Shown piece after piece: positions 49,110 through 61,310 of a stretch of 64,000 bases of DNA. Each line of letters starts with the position of its first letter. Position 1 is the first letter of the stretch. Position numbers and translations under genes: made by a program. Source of the stretch: Lama guanicoe (taxonomy: Eukaryota); assembly GCA_013239625.1 (NCBI GenBank), contig MU053934.1:9445352-9509351 (forward strand), read 5' to 3'. The notes beneath the pieces were generated by a model. The model was not told where the DNA came from. It saw only the letters and a program-made list of their open reading frames with translations, and made no database searches.

Positions 49110-49959
49110 GTATACTCCCTGCAGACCACCAACACACACGGGGTCTCCCTCACACCTGGGCAGCCCCTGCACCCACAGGATCGGCCCTCACATCCACTGC
49201 CTCCGTGAGGTAGGCAAGCAGGGGCCAGACCCCTGAGTCCCAGGAGAACAATGTCCCAGTCACCAGCCAACTTCAGGGCTGGAACATCTCACTCTGGGCC
49301 TCTGTTTCCTACTGTGAAGGTGTCCAATTCAAATTAATAGAAGGTGCTAGAATCACCAGGTCATGCCCACATGCATAAAAATCCACTTAAGCTTCCCAAG
49401 TGGTCTGTGTGCTTTCTGAGTGCAGCTGCTTGCCTGCTTAGTCTCATAATAAAGACCATATCCAGGCCAGTGAGGACAGATGTCGTGGGACCCACACTGT
49501 GGCCTGGCACCACTTTAGCAACTTATAATTTAGTGACTCATAGAGTGGTCCCCCTGGTCATTTCTCTTTGAAAGGCTCCTTATGGACTGGTACGACCCTG
49601 TTGACAAGCTGTTGTCCCCATGATGGGGACACCCAGGGGGAAGGGACTGCAGCTCAGCCGTGGAGAACAATACTTTAAAAGGGACATCGGTGAAGGGTGT
49701 CGATAACAGAAGGAAATGTCCAGTGACAAAGGCGAGACGCTGAATTGCAAGAGTTCACCCCCTGCAGAGAGAAGGAAGATGCCGTAAAGAGAGGGGAAGG
49801 GGCAGAAACCCACCCTGGGTCAGGCCGTGATCAGGGCGACCTTTATCTTGTTACTGATCATTTGGAGGATTTAAAGAATAAAACCAGTAAGAGAAAGACA
49901 GGAGGGCAGGAGGGAGGGAGGGACAGTCACCTAAAAGAGCCTAAGATCTCTGGGACGTA

Positions 49960-50500
49960 GCCACAGAGGCCGGGGGCGCGGGGCGCGGGCCGGAGCCCCT
50001 GCGGGGCCGGGGTCGCCTCCCCGGCCGCGCCGCCCCGCCGCGCCGGGTGAATCCGCATTGGCATTCCGCGCCGCGCCGCCGGGTGCGTGCCCGCGCCGTT
50101 CCCAGCCCGCGGCTCCGCGCGGGGACAGTGGCGCATTGTTCGCCCGGACACCCCGGGCGGCGCAGCGCCCTCGGGGCTTGGCGCGGCCCCGCCGCGATTT
50201 GCATGCGCTCCAGTCACAAAGGTTCAAGGTCAGGAGCGCGGGGCGGCCGAGCCCCGCCCGGCCCAGGCGCTATTCTTCGCCCCGGCGGCGGGAATTCCTC
50301 GCCGCCCGCGCCCGGGCCGCCCCTGCGCGTGAATGGCCGAGCGCCGCCGCCGTCTGAGGCGCTTTGTGTCTCGGCCTGGCCAGCTGGGCCCGCGAGGGAC
50401 GTGCCAGCTCGGCCGGCGGAGCCCCCTCGCCAGCGCCCCTGGCCCATGCTAATCAGCCTGGCAGCGCGACTGGGCGGGCGGCCCGGTGGGAGCTCCCCCC
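49960..50500. promoter_or_regulatory. Orphan CpG island (candidate enhancer or lncRNA promoter)
   Basis: Abrupt GC/CpG-rich block with no recognisable coding exon. Confidence 0.8.
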
Positions 50501-52160
50501 AACCACGGTCCCTGCCAGGAGCCCCTCAGCCTCCCCTGCTGCCGGGAGGCCCCCAAGTCCCCTGCCAGGGGTCCCCCACTCCCCACTCCTCTGCCAGGTG
50601 CCCTCCACCCCACTCCACCTCGACCCCTCCTACCGGGGGACCCTCCTCTCCAGCTGCTAGGAGCCCTCCCGCCCCTGTGGGAAAGGCAGGGCCACGTTAG
50701 GGGCGTGGCTGGCCAGGACAGGTTGCTCGGGATGGTCTCCAGAGGCCCTTCTGGAGGGTCTCCCAGCAGGCTGCAGGGAACGTGGTGGTCAGACAGCCCT
50801 CCCACAGGAGACGGCCTCTCCCGCAGCCCTCCAGCCTGGCAGCCTGGAGGCCTGGGTCACTCGTCACAGCATCATGATCATCACTTTCATGAAGGCCCTG
50901 GTCACTAGTGTTGTAATTGCGCCCCCACTCCCAGGAGTGGGAGCTTTTTGTGGGGCAGGAGCTGCTGGATCCCCACAGCACGCAGCACCCAGGACTGTAT
51001 TTACTGACTTCACAATCGGATGGATGGATGCCAGCCCTCGTGGGCTACACTGTGTGGTGGAGGGGACAGGCCGTGGCATTTGGCATTTTCAGTACTTAGA
51101 AAGAGTCATAGAGCCCTGCTTGCGAGAACACCCCTGGGCCTCTGGTCCGCACTCCCCCTCCACCAGGAGGGTCCTCACCTCTGACCCTCCAAAGAGGCTG
51201 GGAAGTTATCTCTCTGCAGGAGAGTGTGAGCCAGCACACACAGCCCCGCTGGGGTACCCGTCAGAAGGTGTGGAGGCTGGTGCTGCAGAACCGGAGACCC
51301 TCAGTTTTCTGCAGCATCTGTCCTCATGGCACAGGAGGAGGCCTGAATGTTGGGCGGCATCGTGCTCTGGGGTATATTTCTGTGGGGTCTCCAACAGCAG
51401 CCAGGAATGAGCTGAGCCTCATATCCAGGCCCAGGCCCAGGAAGGAGGGACTGGGTGGGGTGGTGACACGGAGCACCAGAGAGGGGGCTCCCAGCCCCAG
51501 ACAGGCCCTCAGGTGGTGGAGAGTACGGCCTTGGGAGTCAGGCAGATCCAGGTCCAAGTCCCTTCCCCAGCGTTCACTCGGTGCCCCTGGTGGGCCCCTC
51601 CTTCTCTCCCAGCCTATGAAATGGGCATAGTTATGTTTTCCTGGCTGCTCTGAGCATCACTCAGCATCACCTGGCGTTAGACTCTCCAGCTTCCCTAACT
51701 CATCCCTGCTCAGCTGATCCCACTGTTAGCTGTTTTCAGCCAGCCCAGCACACGATACTTCCCAACGCGGAATATCTTCTCCCGGCACCCACCCACCCCA
51801 CTTCTCCATCTACCCCTTGTCAACCTGTAAGATGTGCTCAGATACCACTTCCTGCAGAAAGCTGTCCCTGACCTTTCCTCCATCCCCCTCCCCCTTCCCC
51901 ACACTTTCCATGTCACCTTAAGGAATTTGTCTCCAAACCCGAGGGCAATAGGGAGCCACTGCAGGCTTTAAGCAGAGAGTAGTAACTCTCCCTGGTGACC
52001 TCAACAGGGAGCACAGAGAAAGGGGTTCTCAGACATCTGGAACTCACAGCCCAGTCAAATTTCAAAGGAAATATTGCAGATCTACTGGATATTGCCAACT
52101 TTCTATTTTTCCATGTTGGGATCTTTAGAAAAATAGCTATAATCTCCTCTCTTGAAAGGA

Positions 52161-52247
52161 TTTTTTTTTAAATAGAAGTACTGGGGATTGAACCCAGGAC
52201 CATGCATGCTTGGCGTGTGCTCTACCAGTGAGCTATTCCCTACCCCC
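52161..52247 (-). mobile_element. tRNA-derived SINE (same family as 14626)
   Basis: gtactggggattgaacccagg...gagcta with a poly-T end. Possible TSD AAAGGAT at 52155-52161 and 52249-52255. Confidence 0.85.
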
Positions 52248-55200
52248 AAAAGGATAGTTTTAAACAAACAAACAAAAAAAAGGAAGACAATCTCAAGATA
52301 AAGTCCATCTTCTCAGACTGAACCCATTTGGCATCATGAACAGCTTGCCACGTCATCCTCATATTTGTCATTCACCCGGAAACTTGCAGACTTGGTCACG
52401 GCTGGGCTCTCACTGGGGTGTGTCCTCTCTGGACCACTGCTTTCCTGACCCCACTAGACCAGGAGGGTCTCCTAATGATCCCTTGACTCCGCTGGGGTTC
52501 TCTAGCCTGGCGGCTCTCAGAGACCGACCCAAGGTACCCGGTCAGTCATTGCAATGAGTGGAACCATGACAAGGGTCCCCAGGGGTGGCCTGCACCTGCG
52601 ACACAGGTCCTTCAGACCACTAAGATGGAAGGACGTTTCTGAGGACAGAGAAGAAGGTGCAAAGTTCAGATGCCCCCTGTCTGTCTGTTCCCGTTTTGTG
52701 AGACAAGAAACTTGCAAATGTGTTAATGTACACTTGGGCATTTGGCCCTCCTGCCACAGGCAGGGGGATCCAACCGTTCGAGGGGGAGAGGAGGGCAGGG
52801 ACACCGCGAGTGAAGCAGCTGCACGGAACCTCGTGGAGTGTTCTAGGAGACTCATCCTCACTTCCTTGGGGCAGGCTGCACCATGGACCTTTTGCTGATT
52901 ACAGGGTGGGCACCATCGGTAAGTTAGCATTGACATCCTGCACCCAGTCTCAGAGCTGGGAGGCCCGGAGTGGTCGCTGAGGGCTGCGGCCCAGAGAGGG
53001 ACAACTCTTGCCCAAGGTCACACAGCCAGATTACACTGGAAAAACAACTGCTCTCTTAGGTGATGTGAACTTGTAATCTTGTTTCCAGCTTTCCTTTGCC
53101 CTTTTATCCCCTTGTCAAGAATAAATTTCAAGCTTTCCTGTTTCCAGATGTGTTTATGTGTTTGAAACTAGATGGTCTGAATTAATTTCGGACCAGTGCT
53201 GCTCAGCATCGAGTGTTTGGTTGCTTGCTTTTACCAGCTGTGCTGTCTTGGCCCTGCTGCCCCAATCAGGATGTGACTTGACGCCTGCGACAGGCCCTGG
53301 GCTAGGCGCTGAGGGCACTGGAGACTCATATCCTCGCTCTCCAGACACTCACGGCCTGGTGGGGCTCCAAGGCGAGGGTGTTGGGCTTGGTACCAAAGGC
53401 CAGAAGAGCCGGGCACTGCAGGAGTGGCGTGTCCCAGCCCGGGGATCCACCCCAGAAGGCTTCCTGGAGGAGGTGGTGGCTGGGCTGAGCCTTGTCTGTG
53501 GTACAAGCTCAATAACCAATATTGTTATTCACAGCAGAAGTAAGGGGAGAAGAAGCTGGGGAAGAAACGTGGGGCGGGTGGGAAGAACATCCCCTTCAGA
53601 GGGAACAGCATGTGAGAAAGGCAGGCAGTTCTCTCTGGTGGGAGAAGGGGAGAGGCGGTGTTGGGGAAAGGGTGGGAAGGGAGGCTGGAGAGAGAGGCAG
53701 GGACCACCTGCTCAAGCATGGTGGGGACAGGAGCTGTGTGTCTGAGGAACCACTCTGGCAGCCCCACAAGAGGAGGCAGCAGCAGTGAGGAGGTGACTGT
53801 CCAGATGAGGAGGGGAGGGTGGGCTGATTACTGGTGCCTCAGAGGAAGGATGGCCAGGACTCTGTATCTCCAGTGTCCCTGGTGGCTTTGCTGGTAACTA
53901 GGATGGACAGATGCGGAGGGGATACCCCATGCCAGCCTTGGGTTTGGGGCTGAGAATAGTGACCCCCGGAGGGTCATACAAGACACCCTGTGCTGCCGTG
54001 ACTAGGGTGCAGGAATCCTGCCTCATACCAAAGACATGTCCAAGCCCGTGGGCCCCACAGTGGAGGATGCCATCTTCCATGCTACAGCGAAGAACCAGGT
54101 GGACCCTCGTAGAGATTGGGGGTCCTCCCACACCCCACCCTTAGGAAATGGTCCAGGTGGTCCCAGCGGTGCCAGCAAACAAGTACTGAAAAATACTCAG
54201 TGGCTTCTAGAGGCAAGTAGGCATCTCACCTTCCCCAGGGGCCGTGGGTCCCAGGCCACCGCCCCGGCAGAGCTCAGAGCCCAGGTCCTCCCTGCCTGTC
54301 CTTGGGATTGTTCAGCAAAGGCAAGAGGCAGGTGTCCACAGTGACCCCCTCCCAGAACAGTGGGGTTCCTGCTGTGACAGACCTCTTGCCCGGGAGAACG
54401 AAGGTATCTCTGTATAAAAAACACACCCGCAAAGACTCACGTGCTCCTGGGACTGGAATGAGCCGCTCATCCTTTCTGGAGGGCCAGTGGGTAATGTACT
54501 TGAGAGGCTTTAAAGGGCAAATCCTCTGTGAAGTTACAAGTATTCCCTGAGGAGTATCTAAATTATTAGAATTTAGAACTTAGGAATTATTAGAGAGGTG
54601 CAAGGAGCATGTCCACACAGCTCCTCTGTGCATCACCGAGACAGCCGACAACGAATGACAGGGTCCAGAAGTTACGTCTGAACAGCGGACCATTCTGCAA
54701 ACATTAAAACGTGGGCTGCAGAGACGTATTTATAGGCAAGGTGTTAGTGAAAGTGCAGATTATAAAGCATGAAATATGAGCACAGTGATTTCAGGTGTGG
54801 ATTATGAGTAGAGAAGGAAGACAGACTGGTCACATTCACCCGAGTTTCAACGGTGGTTTCTCTGAGATGGGATTCTATGTATTTGTTATTTTCTCATGGG
54901 TGCTTTTCTGTGTTTGTTGATGACAATAAACATGTATTATATTTACAGTCAAGACAAAAAGAGTGGTGTGTATGTATGCGTGTGTGTGTGTGCGTGTTTC
55001 AAAGGCCCAGAAAGAAAACACCAAGTTCAGATAAAGATCCACAGTGACTCACTGCTTCCCCAAAGCAGGTTTCTCTCTCTCAGCTTGGAAATTATTATGG
55101 AAAATCCTGTAAGTAAGGCCAGACTTGGCCTCTGCTTCCCTAGAACAGAGCTCCTCAGAAGGACTGTCCAGACCACCTGGGCAGAGTCACCCATAAGGAG

Positions 55201-55289
55201 CTTGCTACATATGCAGGCCTGGCCCCACGCAGGCTTCCTAGAATGAAAATCTAGGAGAGCTCACCCTCCCTCCTGGCCAAGAAATGTCT

Positions 55290-56160
55290 TTGTTTTGTGT
55301 GTGGTAAAATATACATAAAATTTACCATTTACCACTTCAGAGTCATGAAACATTCACATCTGTTGTGCAACCATCACTACCTTCCATCTCCTGAACTTTG
55401 CAACATCCCAAACTAAAACTCTCTACCTGGTAAATAATAACTCCCCATTCTCCCCTCCCCGCAGCCCCTGGTGACCACAGCTCTACTTTCTGTCTCTGAC
55501 TTTGACTCCATGTGACTCATATAGTGGGATCACACGGTATTTGTCCAGTATCTGGCTTATTTCGCTTTTTATATGTTTTCAAGCTTCATCCAAGTTGCAG
55601 CATGTGTCAGAAGTCCATTCCTTTTTAAGGCTGAATAATATTCCATCATATGTATACACTGCATTTGGTTTATCCATTCATCTGTTGGTGGACACTAGGT
55701 TGTTACTACCTTTTGCCTGTTGTGAATAATGCTCTGAACACGGATGTGTAACTCTTGGCTAGAGTTACTGCTTTCATTTCTTTGGGGTATACACCTAGAA
55801 GTGGAGTTGCTGGGTGATAGGGCAATTCTGTTCAATTTTTCAAGAAACAGTCATACTGTTTTCCACAGTAGCAGCACCATTTCACATTCCCACAAGCAAC
55901 ACAGAGGGTTCCAATTGCTTTACATCCTCGCCAGTGGTGCCAGTTATTGTTATTTTAATAACAGCTCTCTTAATATGTGTGAGGTGGTATTTCTTTGTGG
56001 TTTTGATTTGCATTTCCCTAATGATTAGTGATGTTGAGCATCTTTTCATGTGCATACTGGCCATTTATATATCATCTTTGCAGAAATGTCTGTAAAAGTC
56101 CTTTGCTTTCTAATTAGGTTTGTTGTTGAGTTGCAGTTCTTTATATATTTTGGATATGAG
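55290..56160 (-). mobile_element. L1 (L1MA/MB-like) ORF2 C-terminal remnant and 3' UTR
   Basis: ORF 55882-56064 reads [23 protein letters not shown], matching the L1 ORF2p C-terminal motif. The adjacent sequence is typical L1 3' UTR. Confidence 0.9.
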
Positions 56161-56279
56161 CAATCTTTTTTGCATATACAGTGTTCTTGGGTCATACCAC
56201 TTGTGAAAATATTCATGTATTACTTTTTACATAGGGAAAATATGTAAAGAAAAAAAGAAGGTTACAAGAAGCATGAGTG

Positions 56280-57000
56280 ATTATATTCTTTGACTCAGCA
56301 ATTCCACATCTAGGGATTCATCTTAAGGGATTTTTGTGAACATGTACAAAGATTTCGCTACAAGGATGTTCACTATAAAAGGAGGATGCAAGGAAGAGAT
56401 GGAAACTAAAAAAAGCTAATGTCCAATCATCGCATATTGCTTAAATAAAACATGGGCGACCCTACACAGAACTCTGTGATTACAAATGGCATTGTAGATG
56501 AATGCTCAGGGCAGTGGGGACACATAATTAGCCACGCATGAAAGGAGAAAGTTGCAAAACAGTATTTACAGTACGATCCCAATTTTGTTTCAAACATATG
56601 TGTAATAGTGTAAAGAGAAAGGAAAAACGCCGTGTTATACTGGTAATCTCGTGTGGTGGAATCTAAGGTTATGTTTATTTTCTTCTTCGTGTTTTTTCAA
56701 TTTTCCAAATTTCTACAGTAAACACGTGTGGCTTTACAGTAAAAAAAATAGTTATTTTTAAGGCATCCACAAGTCTATGTACAGTGTTAACCCGATTATG
56801 TGAAAAATCTCTGTATTTACAACTAAGAAAAAAGGACTCAAGACCAGAATCCACGCCGAGCTCTCGGCCGCCGTGGTCTGCGCGGTGAGATTCTGAGATT
56901 TCTCATTTTGTTTTTTGCACTCTCCTAAGTCTTCCAAATTCCTTACTGTCTGGTTGGTTATCTGGTTAGGGAAGAGGGGAAAAGACAGAAAATTGCTTTA
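56280..57000 (+). mobile_element. Ancient L1ME-like 3' fragments
   Basis: tttgactcagcaattccacatctaggga...caaggatgttcact, plus repeated ttttccaaatttctac motifs. Confidence 0.65.
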
Positions 57001-57039
57001 ATAAATGAGGATCTAAAGTAAATGAAAACCTTAAGTGGA

Positions 57040-57780
57040 TGAAACTGAGCTCAAAAACCTCGGAGACGCGACCGAAAGCGGGTCCAGAAGCAAGAGGCGG
57101 GACGATGAAACTGAATCACAATCTCCACGGCGGAATAGAGGCCCCGCCCCCGGCCGCGCGAGGCCCCGCCCAGGCCTCGTCCGCCTGACTGCGACGCTAC
57201 GTCCGCACCGCTCGCTGCCCCGGCTGTTCCGTGGCGGCCGCGCAGACGCCCCGCCCCCGGGCACGTAAGGCCCCGCCCCCCGCCGCCACGCTGCGTCCGC
57301 GCCGCCCGTCGCGCAGGTCTTGGCTTCCGGAGCGCGACGGAAGGGCGGGCGGCCGCCAAGGCCAAGGCTGCGAGGCCCCGCCGCAGAAGGGCGCGGTTCC
57401 CCGAGGGGCCCCCGCGCGCACTTCCGTCGTCCGCCTCTCTCCTGTCCCCGCCTGCCCCCCGGTGCACGGGCCGCGGAGGCCGCACAGCCCGGCGGGTGGA
57501 GATCAAAGAGAGGCGGGCCGGCGGGGCCCCCGGGACGCGCGCTGCAAGCCAGCCGGGCCGGAGGAAAGCGGGCGGATCAAAGCGCGCCGGGCCGCGGCTG
57601 GCCCTTCCGAGCGGCTGCCCAGGTCGCAGCGCACCTGGGCGGGACGCAGGCTGCGCTGTCTGCATTGCGGAGGCCGGCCCAGCGCGGCGACCTCCTCCTG
57701 CCCTCGGCGTGCTGTGTGCGCGTCAGGGGGTGCAGAGCCCTCCCTCCGCCGGCTGTGGCTGTGACTCGGGCTGAGGCCAA
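57040..57780. promoter_or_regulatory. Orphan CpG island with promoter-like architecture
   Basis: CpG-dense, with several GCCCCGCCC GC boxes (57141-57285), an ETS-type CTTCCGG (about 57324) and a plus-strand donor GTAAGG at 57265. Confidence 0.8.
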
Positions 57781-58411
57781 GTTTACATGCCACTTCAAAG
57801 ACGGAAGGCCCAGCAGCCATAGTAGCGGCTGCTATTTATTGAAAACCAGCGCCAGGCAGGCCTGGGACGAATGCCTTTGTATCATCCCGTGACTCCTCAC
57901 AATAGCTCCATTAAGTGCTGATAAGCCAGTCACCTCCTTTCGCACATGAGGGGCTGAGATCAGAGAGGAGAAGGGGCCCAGACTGCAGTTGGGCCCAGAT
58001 GCTCACTTGTCCGTCTCAGGCTTTTGCACTTTGTGCTGACCTGGCTTCTGTGATTGAGTTTCCTCGCGGCGGGCGAGGCTCGCCTCTGGCTCTGTTACTT
58101 ACCTTAGCTTAATGCTGCCTCATTCCCAGCAGGAAGACCTTCCTGCCCAGAGCTAAGCCCCTCTCCCTAGTCTGAAGGTACCCAGCACCCATGAGCTCTG
58201 CCCCAGGAACATGGAGATCCCATCCAAGTTAACACCCACCTGTTATTCAGGGTCCCTTTGCTCAGAGACACCTCTGTCCAGCCTCTGAGAAGAGGGTGTG
58301 AAAAATCAAGTGGTCCCAGGATGGTGGGTTTGTTGGACCAAGTCAGCCATGCCAATGGCACAAGGCCAAAAGTGTGGGTGCGAGCACCCCAGGGTCTTCA
58401 TACGCATACAA

Positions 58412-58443
58412 GCGCGCGCGCGCGCACACACACACACACACAC
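58412..58443. repeat. (GC)7(AC)9 alternating purine-pyrimidine tract
   Basis: Directly visible. Confidence 0.95.
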
Positions 58444-58946
58444 CCCCCAGTGTGGAAGGAACCAAACCCCCAGTTACGCCAAGGCTGCCTGCCTCTCCCA
58501 GCTCCGCCCACACCCTTCCTGGGAGACACAGAGGGGGCATTTTGTTTTCCACGTGGCTTTCTAGGTTGGTAAATGAAGGCCGCGTGACACTGGACATTGG
58601 CAGCAGATAGGACACGAGGCCCCAGCCCAGGCCAGCTCGAGGCCCAGCACAGCGTGCCTGCAGCAATCCAGATTTTCCAGCCTCCAAATGTACCTCGGAG
58701 AGGAAGCTGCACATTGGATTTTTTTTTTTTTGGCTCCATATTAAAGAACAAAGCATGGGAACTGGACAGGCCCCTCTGTAAACAGAAAACACATGTTTTC
58801 TGAGAGAATGGGCTCTTCCTTTCCTGGTTTCTTCTCCCATGGACAAAGGCCTCCTTAGGCCTCCTGGCTTCAAGAACCGGGAGGCCTCAGACCCAGGGCT
58901 GAGAGGAGGTGATTATTTTTGCCCCAGCTCAGAACACAATACCCAC

Positions 58947-59027
58947 ATTATTTTTTTTAATGGAGGTACTGGGGATTGAACCCAGGACCTCGTGCTTACC
59001 TCTACCACTGAGCTCTGCCTGCCCCCT
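58947..59027 (-). mobile_element. tRNA-derived SINE with an internal deletion
   Basis: taatggaggtactggggattgaacccaggacctcgtgc...taccactgagct. Imperfect TSD ACAAYACCCAC at 58936-58946 and 59028-59038. Confidence 0.85.
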
Positions 59028-60339
59028 ACAACACCCACGGCCTTAAATGGGTGCAGGAGTTGGGTATTAATGGGTCACTTAGCAGTGGGGTGGGCCTAGC
59101 ATGTGGTCCCAGGAAGGAAGCCCGTCAGGAACCTGAACAGTATTTGGATGGAGGGAGGGAGAGTCTGGACCGTTTGTACCCTCCACGCACTTGAGAATCA
59201 TTTTGGATTCTCCTTGGGCGAGCTCCAGATGAACGTGTTTCACGGGGCCTGCTGGCCACACACAGGGGCGGAGACCTCTCTAACTCAGAAGAGAGCCTGG
59301 GGCCTGATATCTGCAAAGAACAGACTGTGACTGAGTGGGAACTGCTGTGTGACCTCATGCAAGTTTCTTAACATCTCTGAGCCATAGTTTTCTCATGTAT
59401 TTGGTTGTTGAGGATTAAATAAGATAATGGATATAGACCTGTCAGACACATAGAACCAATCAATAAGTGAAGGAAATCAAACTTTGTCTTCGTTTCAGTG
59501 GTGAGCTGTTTCCATCGCCTCCAGAGTGGCCGGAGAACCCTGTACAAATACCCAGGATTCCCATACTCCACAGAGCACCTCCTCTCCCTCCATCCTCCAC
59601 AGGGCACTGGGCTCAACTACCCGCAGACCAGCTGCGACACCTCTTTGGAAGCAGTTGTCTCGGGAACGGATCATTCTTTTGAATCACTTCAGCAGCCTGG
59701 TCTCTATCCTCGAGGGAGATTTGATTTGGGGAAATAACCAGATGTCCTTTGGGCCAAGTCGGCTGAGTCGATGTGCACAAACCAAGCCAGGGCCCCCGTC
59801 CAGTGCCAGAATGTGCCACGACTGCAAAGTTGGGAGACTCTGTGGCTCCCAGCTCTGAAGGCAGTCTGGGAGGAGAATCTGGACCGGCTCGTCTGGACTG
59901 GCCTCCACTGGTGTTGGTGGGGGTGAGAGCGCCAGCGTGCTGGTGTATGAAAACAGGCGTAGTCACATACCCGAGCGTGGTGGCCGAACCAAACCAAAGC
60001 GAGACTAATTAACATGAGGCTGCCTTTCATCTCTCAGCTCACGATTGGATTTTCATGGAAGTCTTTGGGGGGAAATTCTGAGCGTTTCTGACACAAGCAA
60101 ATGTGTGAGAGTGAGGCAGGAGGTTGTCCGGGAGGAGTGCAGGGCTCAGAGGTCGGGGTTTCCTCCCAGCTCTGTGGCCTCTGGCTGTTCATGCCATCTC
60201 TCCAGCCCTCAGTGATCCCACCTGAACAATGGGGATCATGATGTCTATCCTTAACATGAAAAGCAAATGGGGGGAAACGGATATGAACACGCCCAAAAGT
60301 CCTGACCTCGTGGGGCAAGGGCTTTAAAAACCCGGACAC

Positions 60340-61310
60340 CCTTTGACCAAACACTCCTGCTTCTGGGAATTTATCCTCAGGAAAGCATCAGAAACATGAA
60401 AGTTTCAGTATAAAGATATTCTAGCAGCATTATTTATAGTAGCAAAGACTTTAAAGAAACTACATGTCCAACAATAGTGGCAAATGTGATAACCTGTCCG
60501 TAGGATGCTACACTGCTCTCAGGGGTGCTCCAGGCAGGAAATACACCAGCCACGCCTGTGCCAGTGACAGTGCTAGGTTAAAAAAAAAAAATTAGCATTC
60601 ACAAAGCCCTATTCACAGTAGCCCCAAAACATCAGAAACAACCCAGTTGTCCACCAGCAGCAGAAGAGGTAGGCACACAAAGGGATAATATAAAACAATA
60701 AACAGGCATTAGCTATTGATGGGCGTATTGACAGACATAGATGAATGGCAACTATGCTGAGCGAGTTCACACTCTATGATGCCGTTTATTTTAAATTAAA
60801 TAAAGGAGAAATTAATCTGTCAGATCGGTGGTTGCCTGGGGCTTAGAACGCAGGGACCGCCTGCCGGGGAGACTAGGGGACATTTTGTGGTGATGATATT
60901 TTGTTTCTTGATTGCAATGGTGGTGACAGGGGTGTGTACATTTGTCAAAACTCATAGAACAGTACAAGTATAAGGGACCTTATTGCGTGGAAATTATATC
61001 TCAATAAAGTTGATTTTTAAAATTAATTGGTATTTAGATTTTATTTTTCAAATCCTGAAGAAAATAATGTTTAATAACATAAAGTGCTCACAGCATATTA
61101 AACAGAAAGATTCTGAAATAATCCAGAGTGTGATCACACACACAAGAGTACCTGTACGTATCTGGTTTGGAAAATATACCAGAAAGGCTTTCAACAAAAT
61201 GTACCTGGTAATTATCTCACAGTTAATTTTTGTTTTCTTTTTTATGCTTGTCTGTATTTCCAAATTTTCTATAACAAACACTTTTCCTTTTCTAAACAAA
61301 TTAAATAGAA
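60340..61310 (+). mobile_element. Ancient L1M(C/E) 3' fragments
   Basis: ttctgggaatttatcct, gcagcattatttatagtagcaaa and tacatttgtcaaaactcatagaac...ttatatctcaataaag. Confidence 0.75.

Noticed and set aside
49620..49790. Purine-rich, coding-looking stretch (MMGTPRGKGLQLSRGEQYFKRD...)
   Set aside because: It has an internal stop, no recognisable homology and no convincing splice sites.
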